NCBI GenBank assembly: GCA_046725875.1
Contig: JBKOZJ010000062.1
Span: forward strand, 6,937 to 70,936
Reading direction: 5' to 3'
Source of the DNA: Actinomycetota bacterium
Lineage (GTDB): Bacteria; Actinomycetota; Actinomycetes; JAKEEW01
DNA: 64,000 nt
Shown: piece by piece, positions 18,184-26,160 of the stretch
How the letters are laid out: the number at the start of each line of letters is the position of its first letter
Position numbering within the stretch: the stretch's first letter is position 1
Notes under the pieces: generated by a model
What the model was told of the DNA's origin: nothing
What the model saw: only the letters and a program-made list of their open reading frames with translations
The model's database searches: none
Position numbers and translations under genes: made by a program

Positions 18184-19005
18184 ATGTATGCGTCACGCAG
18201 GTCGATCGGCCCATCGTTGTCGACGAGTCCGGCTGAGATGAGTGGCCCGGACGAGGATCGAGGCGAGCGTCAACCGAAGCGACCCTCGCGACAGCGGCGG
18301 CTCGTTTCTCCTGCCGACGAATCCAGGCCGACGGAGATCCCGGATTGGGAGGGTCTGGAGGAACGGCTCGTTACTGCCTCGCTTCGTGATGGCAACCCGA
18401 CCGGCTGGTTCGACCCGCTCTACCGGGCGGGTGCGGCGGGACAGGTATCCATGCCCTGGAGTCGAATGAACGCCCACCCGCTCCTTACGCAGTGGGCGAC
18501 GGCAAGGAGCGTGACCGGGACGGGACGCCGGGCCATCGTCGTCGGTTGCGGCCTGGGCGCCGACGCCGAGTACATCGCCGGGCTGGGGTTCGACACGACC
18601 GGATTCGACATCTCACCGACCGCCATCGAGCTGGCCCGCGGCCGGTTCCCGAACTCTGGCGTTTGGTATGTCGCCGCCGACCTGCTCGACCCTCCCGACG
18701 ACTGGTTGCGGGCCTTCGACCTCGTCGTCGAGGTGATCACGGTTCAGGCGCTCCCCGAGCCAGCACGCCGCCAAGCGATCGTGAATGTTGGGCGCCTGGT
18801 CGCCCCGGCGGGCACCCTCGTTGTCGTCGCAGCCGCGCGTGACGACGGCGAGGAAGCATCCGACCCTCCACCGTGGCCGCTGAGGCGCGGTGAGGTCGAG
18901 GCCTTCACCGCCGACGGGCTCGCCACGATTCGGATCGAGGACCTCGACATGCCAGGTCAGCCCGGAGAGCGTCGCTGGCGCGCCGAGTTCGTACGTAAGG
19001 CATGA
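18184..19005 (+). CDS. class I SAM-dependent methyltransferase (TPMT-like)
   Basis: Motif I is AIVVGCGLGADA, together with FDLVVEVITVQAL. The start is uncertain (18184 or ATG 18238). Confidence 0.8.
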   Translation: MYASRRSIGPSLSTSPAEMSGPDEDRGERQPKRPSRQRRLVSPADESRPTEIPDWEGLEERLVTASLRDGNPTGWFDPLYRAGAAGQVSMPWSRMNAHPLLTQWATARSVTGTGRRAIVVGCGLGADAEYIAGLGFDTTGFDISPTAIELARGRFPNSGVWYVAADLLDPPDDWLRAFDLVVEVITVQALPEPARRQAIVNVGRLVAPAGTLVVVAAARDDGEEASDPPPWPLRRGEVEAFTADGLATIRIEDLDMPGQPGERRWRAEFVRKA

Positions 19006-19019
19006 ACGACGGCCGCGAC

Positions 19020-19295
19020 TCACCTCACGACTCGGCCGCGCAGGATGATCCGTGCCGGATGGGCAAGCACCTCGTGATCGGTCAGCGGGTCGGCGGCGAA
19101 CGCCACGATATCGGCGGGTGCGCCATCCTCGATCAACCGCACCCCCAAGAACGATCGCGCCCTCCAGGAGGCCGCTCCGACTGCGTCCTCAACCGGTAGT
19201 CGCCCGGCGATGAGCGCGGCGACCTCCGCGGCGACGGGCCCGAATGTCGACGAGTCCGTGCCCGCCAGAAGTGTCACCCCCGCGTCGTTCGCCGC
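19020..19295 (-). pseudogene. 5'-truncated amidohydrolase fragment, paralogous to 13525-14655
   Basis: AANDAGVTLLAGTDSS...AVGAASWRARSFLG...ADIVAFAADPLTD...RIILRGRVVR parallels the last ~90 aa of the intact amidohydrolase. An in-frame TAG lies immediately upstream. Confidence 0.65.
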
Positions 19296-19397
19296 CTAAT
19301 CAGGGTGAGATGGCGATCAGTCCCTTCCCTAAGAAACCGCCCGGCCGGCTGCGAGAGAGCCCGCTCGGGCCTTCGGCACTTATCCACAGGGAGCGGG

Positions 19398-19470
19398 AGG
19401 TCGCGAATCGGAAACTGCCGGTGAGCTGCCGGTGGACCTGCCTGGCGAGGACGGAGGTGAGCGATCAGCC
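19398..19470 (+). promoter_or_regulatory. CTGCC-box leader-like element, copy D (the most divergent)
   Basis: The core is GAAACTGCCGGTGAGCTGCCGGTGGACCTGCCTGG at 19411-19445, about 200 nt upstream of the DHFR-family gene at 19677. Confidence 0.5.
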
Positions 19471-19676
19471 TTGTAGGCCGAGCAGCCAAGTGTCCGCGAG
19501 GAAGTGTCCCGATGCGCAGGCGCGTCGCCAACTTCTCCTTTTGCGGGACTGCTTCATGGCAGCGCCGCACACGGAACGGTTCCGACTCCGCCGACGAGAT
19601 GGGCTAGGGATCAGCGCGTCGTTCGCTCCCTCAGGTAGCGGCCGGCACAGCCATTCCGAACGTAAGGGGCCAGATC

Positions 19677-20321
19677 ATGGAGCTAAGCGTGAACACATTC
19701 GTCAGCTTGGACGGCGTCATGCAGGGTCCGGGCGGTGCAGCCGAGGACACGACCGGCGGATTCGGCCGGGGCGGCTGGCAGGTGCCGTACGCCGACCAGG
19801 ACATGGGCCGCATCGTGGAGCAGGACTGGTTCGCCAAAGCAGACGCATTCCTGCTCGGTCGCACCACATACCAGTTGATGTACCCGTACTGGTCCACGGT
19901 GACCGACCCGCAGAACCAAATTGCGACCGCCCTGAACGCGCTCCCGAAATTCGTGGCGTCGCGGTCGATGACCCAACCCGCGGCGGAGTGGCGAGACACC
20001 ACGACGGTCGTCAGTGGTGACCTCGTCGAGGAGATCCGCAAGCTCAAGCAGCGCCCAGGCCGTGAACTGCAGATTCACGGCAGCTGGCAGCTTGCGCGCG
20101 CGGTCCACGAGGCGGGTCTTGCCGACGTGTACCGGTTGCTGGTCTTCCCGGTGGCGGTTTGTGCGGGCAAGCGTCTCTTCGACGACGCCAGCACGCCGAC
20201 ATCGTTCAAGGTCGAGTCCGCAGAGACCACCAGTGCCGGAACGATGTCCCTGACTCTGCGTCCTTCCCCCTTCGCCACCGGAGACTTCATTGTGGAGGAC
20301 GGCCGCGAGTCGGTGGCCTGA
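19677..20321 (+). CDS. dihydrofolate reductase family protein (RibD C-terminal domain type)
   Basis: VSLDGVMQGPGG...FLLGRTTYQLMYPYW...LPKFVASRS...ELQIHGSWQLA...YRLLVFPVAVCAGKRLF is the typical pattern for this family. Confidence 0.88.
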   Translation: MELSVNTFVSLDGVMQGPGGAAEDTTGGFGRGGWQVPYADQDMGRIVEQDWFAKADAFLLGRTTYQLMYPYWSTVTDPQNQIATALNALPKFVASRSMTQPAAEWRDTTTVVSGDLVEEIRKLKQRPGRELQIHGSWQLARAVHEAGLADVYRLLVFPVAVCAGKRLFDDASTPTSFKVESAETTSAGTMSLTLRPSPFATGDFIVEDGRESVA

Positions 20322-20381
20322 CGTCGCCGCTCCCCCGCCAGTTACTGTTCGGTTCTGCGACGACGTATCGGCTGGCTCGGA

Positions 20382-20924
20382 CTAGGTCTCTCGGAAGCCC
20401 TGGGCGAAGCGCCAGGCGGGGTGCGCGGCGCGGAGCAGGCCAAGATGCTGGTTCCACTCGGCGGGTTCCAGGGCTCGCGGCGATGTGCACGCCGGTACGC
20501 CTTCCGCAATGGTGAAGCCCCAAGCGAATCCGGCGACTGCGTGGATCTCACGCACAGCCGGATCGGCGACGTGACAGAGGAAGCTGTGTGCCAGCCAGTC
20601 GAGGTCGGCTCGACTGTCGCGCGACGGCGCGTCAAACAAGGTCGGCTTGATGCCGAAGAACCCGAACGGATGTGGGACGTCGCCGAGGATTTCGAGCGGA
20701 TCCATCTCAAATTGCCGGCCACCGCTGCTGTTGTCGGTGGAGCGGACGAGTTGGATCCAGCCGAGCATGCCTGTGTAGCCCTTGCCTGGGTAGCGGACGG
20801 TGGCTTCGCAGAAGGCAAGGCCAGCGGCGCCCGGGGCAGCCCCAAGCTCTCCCGGACGTCGGGTCGCGCGGACCTTGATCGCGATTGCTCCCGTAAAGCC
20901 GTGTAACGAGAACCCCAGATTCAC
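20382..20924 (-). CDS. hypothetical protein
   Basis: This 180-aa ORF has GC3-rich codon usage and fills the gap between convergent and divergent neighbours. I recognise no family. Confidence 0.55.
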   Translation of the reverse strand: MNLGFSLHGFTGAIAIKVRATRRPGELGAAPGAAGLAFCEATVRYPGKGYTGMLGWIQLVRSTDNSSGGRQFEMDPLEILGDVPHPFGFFGIKPTLFDAPSRDSRADLDWLAHSFLCHVADPAVREIHAVAGFAWGFTIAEGVPACTSPRALEPAEWNQHLGLLRAAHPAWRFAQGFRET

Positions 20925-21090
20925 GACCGGAATGTACCAAGATTGCCGGAAACTACCCCTGAAGGCGGGACGCGTGAGATGCCGATGGGCGTGTTATCGC
21001 GTGGCTTTGCTGCAAATTCGCCGCGGCCTGGGGAAACAGTCGCCCGGTCGCCCACTCGGTGTATGGAGTGTCAGGCTGTCTGTCGTGAGC

Positions 21091-22941
21091 ATGACCCCCA
21101 TCGCCGACTACGCGCTGCTGTCCGACCGACACTCGGCCGCCCTGGTGAGTCGCAGCGGCTCGGTCGATTGGCTGTGCTTTCCGAGGTTTGACAGCCCGGC
21201 AGTCTTTGCCCGGCTGCTCGACGACGATGCGGGCCATTGGTCTATCCAACCAACAGGTCCATTCAGCGTGAGCCGCCGCTATGTGGATAAGACCATGGTC
21301 CTCGAGACGTGGTTTCAAACCGACACGGGAACAGCGGTGGTCACCGACGCGCTGCTCGTGGGTCCGGATAACGAAAATCACCAGTTGGGTGCCGAGGCTC
21401 CGCACGTACTCGTCCGGCGGGTCGTCTGCGAAACCGGAAGCGTCGAGTTGGAGATCGCGTACCGGCCGCGTCCGGAGTACGGCCTCATCTCCCCAATTCT
21501 GAGCCCGATCGACGGTGGCGTGACGTCGCGCGGCGGAGCGGAGTGGCTGGTGCTCACCACACCGGCGCCGCTGAAGCTCGACGGTGGAGAGATGCACGGT
21601 TGGCTGCCGATGGTCGCGGGCCAGAGCGTCCACTTCGGCATGCACAGATCGACTCTGGAAGAGACCCCCGGGCGTGTGTGGGGGCAGCGTGACCTGCGCG
21701 ACGGGCTCGACGAGACGGTCCGGGCTTGGCAGTCGTGGTCGGCCCACCATCAGGCGTACGAGGGGCCCTGGGAGGACCTCGTCCACCAAAGTGGACGGGT
21801 TCTTAGCGCCCTGTCGTACCAACCGAGCGGAGCCATCGTCGCGGCGCCCACGACGTCGCTCCCCGAGGCGGTCGGTGGTGAGCGGAACTGGGACTACCGC
21901 TATGCCTGGGTTCGCGACGCGAGCCTGACCATGGAGGCACTCTGGGTGGCCGCGTGTCCCTACGAGGCGGCGGACTTCTTCGCCTTTCTGGCCGCGGCTG
22001 CCTCGATCAGCAGCGACCAGCCGCTGCAGGTCATGTTCGGCATCGGCGGTGAGCATGACCTGACCGAGCGGACCCTGCCGCACTTGCAAGGGTGGCGAGA
22101 CAGTCGGCCTGTGCGGGTGGGGAATGGGGCGTGGAATCAACAACAGATCGACGTGTACGGAGAGCTGTGGAGCGCCGCTTTCCGGCTCGTCGAACTGCTG
22201 GGCGACATCGACGACGACACCCGACGTTTTCTCGCAGGTTGTGCCGACCTCGCGGCCCGGCGGTGGGTGGAGAAGGACCGCGGAATCTGGGAAGTGCGCG
22301 GTGACCCGCAGCATTTTCTCTACTCGAAGGTGATGTGCTGGGCTGCGCTCGACCGCGCGGTCAGAATGTCCGATCGACTGGCGGTTACGGGCCGCGTCGA
22401 CTCGTGGGCGCGGACGCGCGACGAAATCCATGCGGCGGTGCTACGCGAGGGATGGAGCGATGAGGTCGGCGCTTTCACCCAGTTTTTCGGCTCGCAGGAT
22501 CTGGACGCATCGAACCTGATGATGCCCATCGTCGGGTTCCTTCCGGCGGACGACCCGCGCGTCCTTGCCACGATCGACGCGATCGAAGGACACCTCACCG
22601 ACGAGAAAGGTCTGGTCTATCGGTATCGCACCGAAACCGGAGTCGATGGAATCGCTGGCCAGGAGGGCACGTTCCTGCTGTGCACGTTCTGGCTCGCCCA
22701 GGCGCAGGCGATGGCCGGGCAGGTTGATCGTGCGCGGGCCACCTTCGAACGTGCCGCTGCCTTTGTCAACGAGGTGGGTCTGCTCTCCGAGGAGGTCGAT
22801 CCGGCGACCGGCGAGCTGCTCGGCAACTTCCCGCAGGCGTTTAGCCACATCGGCCTGGTCAACGCGGCTTGGGAGATCAGCGAAGCGGAGCGGCGGCGGG
22901 CCGGCAAGCCAGCGGTGCAGCTATGGAGGCGGCCGACATGA
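21091..22941 (+). CDS. glycoside hydrolase family 15 protein (glucoamylase/trehalase-like)
   Basis: MTPIADYALLSDRHSAALVSRSGSVDWLCFPRFDSPAVFARLL is the characteristic GH15 N-terminus, and the catalytic-domain motif NWDYRYAWVRDAS is present. ATG is at 21091. Confidence 0.9.
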   Translation: MTPIADYALLSDRHSAALVSRSGSVDWLCFPRFDSPAVFARLLDDDAGHWSIQPTGPFSVSRRYVDKTMVLETWFQTDTGTAVVTDALLVGPDNENHQLGAEAPHVLVRRVVCETGSVELEIAYRPRPEYGLISPILSPIDGGVTSRGGAEWLVLTTPAPLKLDGGEMHGWLPMVAGQSVHFGMHRSTLEETPGRVWGQRDLRDGLDETVRAWQSWSAHHQAYEGPWEDLVHQSGRVLSALSYQPSGAIVAAPTTSLPEAVGGERNWDYRYAWVRDASLTMEALWVAACPYEAADFFAFLAAAASISSDQPLQVMFGIGGEHDLTERTLPHLQGWRDSRPVRVGNGAWNQQQIDVYGELWSAAFRLVELLGDIDDDTRRFLAGCADLAARRWVEKDRGIWEVRGDPQHFLYSKVMCWAALDRAVRMSDRLAVTGRVDSWARTRDEIHAAVLREGWSDEVGAFTQFFGSQDLDASNLMMPIVGFLPADDPRVLATIDAIEGHLTDEKGLVYRYRTETGVDGIAGQEGTFLLCTFWLAQAQAMAGQVDRARATFERAAAFVNEVGLLSEEVDPATGELLGNFPQAFSHIGLVNAAWEISEAERRRAGKPAVQLWRRPT

Positions 22942-23156
22942 GCTTGCGAAGGACGGGAACCGCATGCCGATTCCCAGCCACCCCAACCGGATCGCCGGCG
23001 CGGGTGCATCCGTTAGCGCCGGTCGCGGCGATCCGCGAGAGCAGCTTCGTGCATTAGGGCTGCATTGCGGCGGCCGGCGCATCCAGGGCTTAGCGATCGC
23101 ACAGGCGCCAGCTCTACCCGGTGGCCCCGGCGTACGGCGTCCGGGGCCGTCCCCAC

Positions 23157-23246
23157 CCGAAACCGATCTCGGTCACGAACTTGCCGGTGTTCTGCCGGGT
23201 GATCTGCCTGGCCCGGCGCGGGCTGCGTATCACACCCTCGCTGAGG
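23157..23246 (+). promoter_or_regulatory. CTGCC-box leader-like element, copy A
   Basis: The sequence reads CCGAAACCGATCTCGG-TCAC-GAACTTGCCGGTGTTCTGCCGGGTGATCTGCCTGG, then hairpin GCCCG-GCG-CGGGC, then CCTCGCTGAGG. It ends 60 nt before GTG 23306. A GC hairpin (23123-23148) lies just 5' of it. Confidence 0.55.
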
Positions 23247-23305
23247 TCGAAATTGGCTCAATCCCGCTAAACGGGCGACCGTCTGCGGGTGAGGAGGTTG
23301 GTCCT

Positions 23306-23890
23306 GTGAGCAAGTTGGCAATCGTCGAGTACCTATCACTGGACGGCGTGATCCAGGCGCCTGGGCATGCCGGAGAAGACCCAGAGGGCGGGTTCGCGCA
23401 CGGCGGCTGGACGGGCGAGTTCATGGCCGACCATCGGCGCTACAACAGCCAGCTGTTCCCCACCGCCGGCGCGTTCCTATTCGGTCGGCGCACCTACGAG
23501 ATCTTCGCCGAGTACTGGCCGACGGTGACCGACGGAACCGACCGCATCGCCGCGGCCCTGAATATCCGGCCCAAGTTCGTCGCATCCACCACCCTGCGCA
23601 ATCCCGCCTGGCCAGGGACAACGGTGCTCAGCGGTGACGTGGCCGAGGAGGTCGCCAAGCTGAAGGAGCAGTCGGGGGACCCGATCCTCGTCCTCGGGAG
23701 CGGCAGGCTCGCGCAGACACTGCTGGCCCACGACCTGGTCGATGAATATCAGCTGTGGCTGCACCCAGTGGTGCTCGGCAGCGGAAAGCGACTGTTCGAC
23801 GGCGGCGACCAGGACCCCATCAGGCTGCGGCTAGCGGACGCCACAATGACCCGCGACGGCCTCGTGATCCTCACCTACCAGCGGGCCTGA
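23306..23890 (+). CDS. dihydrofolate reductase family protein (RibD C-terminal domain type)
   Basis: GTG 23306 follows the RBS GAGGAGG. LSLDGVIQAPG...FLFGRRTYEIFAEYW...RPKFVASTT...ILVLGSGRLAQ...YQLWLHPVVLGSGKRLF matches the family pattern. The 441-aa track ORF is an upstream run-on. Confidence 0.85.
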   Translation: MSKLAIVEYLSLDGVIQAPGHAGEDPEGGFAHGGWTGEFMADHRRYNSQLFPTAGAFLFGRRTYEIFAEYWPTVTDGTDRIAAALNIRPKFVASTTLRNPAWPGTTVLSGDVAEEVAKLKEQSGDPILVLGSGRLAQTLLAHDLVDEYQLWLHPVVLGSGKRLFDGGDQDPIRLRLADATMTRDGLVILTYQRA

Positions 23891-23949
23891 CCCAAACCCG
23901 GACTGTGATGCGCAGCTGTCCCCTCCGCCCCGAGCGGACGTGGCCACCT

Positions 23950-24642
23950 CTACTCCTCGATCGCTCCGCCGATCCGCCGAAGATGCAGCCGGAAGGTGTA
24001 GGACGGATCGGCTGCGCGTCGGGTCAGATAGTCCTCGAATGCCGTCTGCTCCCGCAGCGACTGACCCGACCGGATCCTGCGGGCCTGTTCGCGCTCCGTC
24101 TGCCAGATCTGATGCGCCGTAGCCAGCACCTCCTCCGCGCGCTCGGCGGTGACGAACAACACCCCATCCTCGTCGCCGACGACAATGTCCTTGGCGGTCA
24201 CCTCGTGCGGCCCGAATCGCGCGCTGACCAGCGCCTGGGGCTCCTGCTCGGCCAGCCGGACGGGGCCAGGGGGGTAGCTGCCATAGCTGAACACCGGGAA
24301 GTCGATCTCCACCAGCTCCGGTGTGTCCCGGTGCAGCCCCCACACGACTAGGCCGGCCACCCCAGCCGCCTGGGCCTCCAGCACTGCCAGGTCGCCAACA
24401 CACGCCTCGTCTACCCGCCCGCCGTTGTCGATGACCAACACGTCACCGTCTTCGGCTCGAGCAAACGCCTCCAGGAACACGTCAACACTGCCGTAGTGCC
24501 GAGCCGGCAGCGCGCGTCCGGCGATCCGCCGGCCGCGCACGACAGCGGCGATACCTGGCGGCGCCGCGCGCAGGGGCACGTCGAGTCGTACGCAGGCATC
24601 GGCCACCAGCGGCGTGGACAAATCAGCGAAAGACTCGAGCAT
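23950..24642 (-). CDS. RraA-family protein (RraA / HMG-CHA aldolase-like)
   Basis: STPLVADAC...GDVLVIDNGGRVDEACVGDLAVLEAQAAGVAGLVVWGLHRD fits the RraA fold pattern. A C-terminal extension of about 60 aa follows. Confidence 0.82.
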   Translation of the reverse strand: MLESFADLSTPLVADACVRLDVPLRAAPPGIAAVVRGRRIAGRALPARHYGSVDVFLEAFARAEDGDVLVIDNGGRVDEACVGDLAVLEAQAAGVAGLVVWGLHRDTPELVEIDFPVFSYGSYPPGPVRLAEQEPQALVSARFGPHEVTAKDIVVGDEDGVLFVTAERAEEVLATAHQIWQTEREQARRIRSGQSLREQTAFEDYLTRRAADPSYTFRLHLRRIGGAIEE

Positions 24643-24773
24643 CGCCCTCTCCCTGGCTAGGCCTCGTCACCCCCGCCAACGACCCGACGGTACGAAGCGC
24701 CGCGATCTGACAGCTCGGCCCAAACACCGGCGCGCTCCCACGTCGCCGTTCCCCGACCGGACGGACGGAGCCC

Positions 24774-25280
24774 CTAGGCCAACACTAATTCCATGAACAC
24801 CCAGTGGGCTTTGTACTCGTCGGGGATCTCGCTTTCGGCGTACGGAGCACTATGGACAAACCCACGCGAGCGATACAGGCCGTGCGCGGCGGTCATGAAA
24901 TCAGGACTGTCAAGTCGAACTCGTGCATACCGCTCGGCGTGCGCCGCCGCAATGAGCTCGTCGAGCAAGGCGCGGCCCACCCCGGTGCGGCGATGAGACG
25001 GTTTGACGTACATGCGCTTGATCTCCGCAATGTCCGGGCCGATTCGTTTCATACACGCGGTCCCGATGGCCCGATCTCCCTCGACAGCCAGCAGGAGGCA
25101 ACCATCGGGCGGCTGGAACTTGGCCAGGCTCTTGAGGTCGCGATCCACCGCCTCGCGCACCGGGAGCCGGAACCCGTACCTCGACTCGAGCCCATCGTTC
25201 CCCCAGTTGAGGTACTCCAGCCACAGCGCCACGACCGCGTCGAGATCCAGAGGCAGGTTCGCCTCTCGAATCTGCGCCAT
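24774..25280 (-). CDS. GNAT family N-acetyltransferase
   Basis: The acetyl-CoA motif is MYVKPSHRRTGVGRALLDELI. Length is 168 aa. Confidence 0.9.
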   Translation of the reverse strand: MAQIREANLPLDLDAVVALWLEYLNWGNDGLESRYGFRLPVREAVDRDLKSLAKFQPPDGCLLLAVEGDRAIGTACMKRIGPDIAEIKRMYVKPSHRRTGVGRALLDELIAAAHAERYARVRLDSPDFMTAAHGLYRSRGFVHSAPYAESEIPDEYKAHWVFMELVLA

Positions 25281-25340
25281 GCCGCCTCCTCCAGGCGCTC
25301 TGATCGAGTATTTGTCTCCAGCAGCCCAGCTGGCTGGTGG

Positions 25341-26102
25341 TCAGCGGCGGGTCACCCGATAGGCGATCGTGATGTACGGGACCTCCACCGGGTCGGGAAG
25401 ATCCGCGATGACGGCGGTCACCCCGTCGTCGATCCGCCGCCGGGCGTTCTCGTCACCAGCCAGCCAAGTCGAGCGACTGTGGACGAGGTCGAGCAGCTGG
25501 GTTGGCGAGTACGAGAGCGTGTGCCGGAATTCGCCGCGCTCCCATCGTCCGAACCATGGACCGGCGTCGGGCATCGCGTGCCAGAAGCGCATCCCGGTCG
25601 TGCCGTCCTCCAGCGACGCCGCGCGACCGAGCGCCGCGATCCATGAGACGGACTCGTCGCGGATGTTCCAGAGCGGACCGAAAACGCTGCCCGGGCGCAG
25701 TACCCGAGCGATCTCGGGGTGGGCTCGCTGCCGGTCGAACCAGTGGTACGCCTGTGCGGCAGCGACCGCGTCCACCGACTCGTCCGGCAACGGGATGCCT
25801 TCGGCGGAACCAGCAACGGCGGTCACTCCGGGAGAAACGGCGATCAGTCGGTCCCGCATCAAAGCGTCGGGCTCGACGGCGGTCACCTCGTGCCCGGCGG
25901 CGGCGAGCATCCGCGAGAAGATCCCGGTCCCGGCACCGAGGTCCACGACGAGGCGTGGTTCCTCGCCGAACAGCCAGGCCACTGCCTCCGCTGCATAGGT
26001 GGGACGGATGCTGTCGTAATGCGTCGCCGCCGTGCCAAACGACAGCCGCTGCTCGCGGGTGCTCGCACTCATCGAGCGCCAACGATATCGGCCGGAGCCC
26101 AA
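25341..26102 (-). CDS. class I SAM-dependent methyltransferase
   Basis: Motif I is VVDLGAGTGIFSR, together with VDAVAAAQAYHWF. An alternative start is ATG 26072. Confidence 0.85.
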   Translation of the reverse strand: MGSGRYRWRSMSASTREQRLSFGTAATHYDSIRPTYAAEAVAWLFGEEPRLVVDLGAGTGIFSRMLAAAGHEVTAVEPDALMRDRLIAVSPGVTAVAGSAEGIPLPDESVDAVAAAQAYHWFDRQRAHPEIARVLRPGSVFGPLWNIRDESVSWIAALGRAASLEDGTTGMRFWHAMPDAGPWFGRWERGEFRHTLSYSPTQLLDLVHSRSTWLAGDENARRRIDDGVTAVIADLPDPVEVPYITIAYRVTRR

Positions 26103-26160
26103 ACGTCGACCGTGCCGACGCCGGCCCTGGACGGGCGGCGACGATCAGGAAGTTCCCGGC

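Noticed and set aside
19411-19445. CRISPR-like or tandem-repeat interpretation of the 11-12 nt periodic CTGCC boxes
   Set aside because: There are only three short boxes per locus, no spacer-sized unique units and no cas genes. It is not a CRISPR array.
20953-22431. 492-aa antisense ORF, with similar long ORFs at 12125-13405(+), 14679-15671(+), 15644-16657(+), 33260-34027(-), 36058-36942(-), 39370-40374(-), 49557-50354(-), 60536-61570(-) and 63052-63987(-)
   Set aside because: These are typical high-GC shadow ORFs. They are Arg/Pro/Gly/Ala-rich with no recognisable motifs, and each lies opposite or out of frame with a gene that has clear family signatures.
23157-23305. Reading the CTGCC-box elements as a conserved leader peptide (E-T/L-A-G-x-L-P-x-D-L-P)
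   Set aside because: No start or stop codon is shared among the copies. Only copy B has an in-frame ATG, copy A reads straight into the DHFR gene, and copy C has a stop inside. The conserved codons show zero synonymous variation while variable positions cluster between the boxes, which indicates nucleotide-level rather than protein-level constraint.
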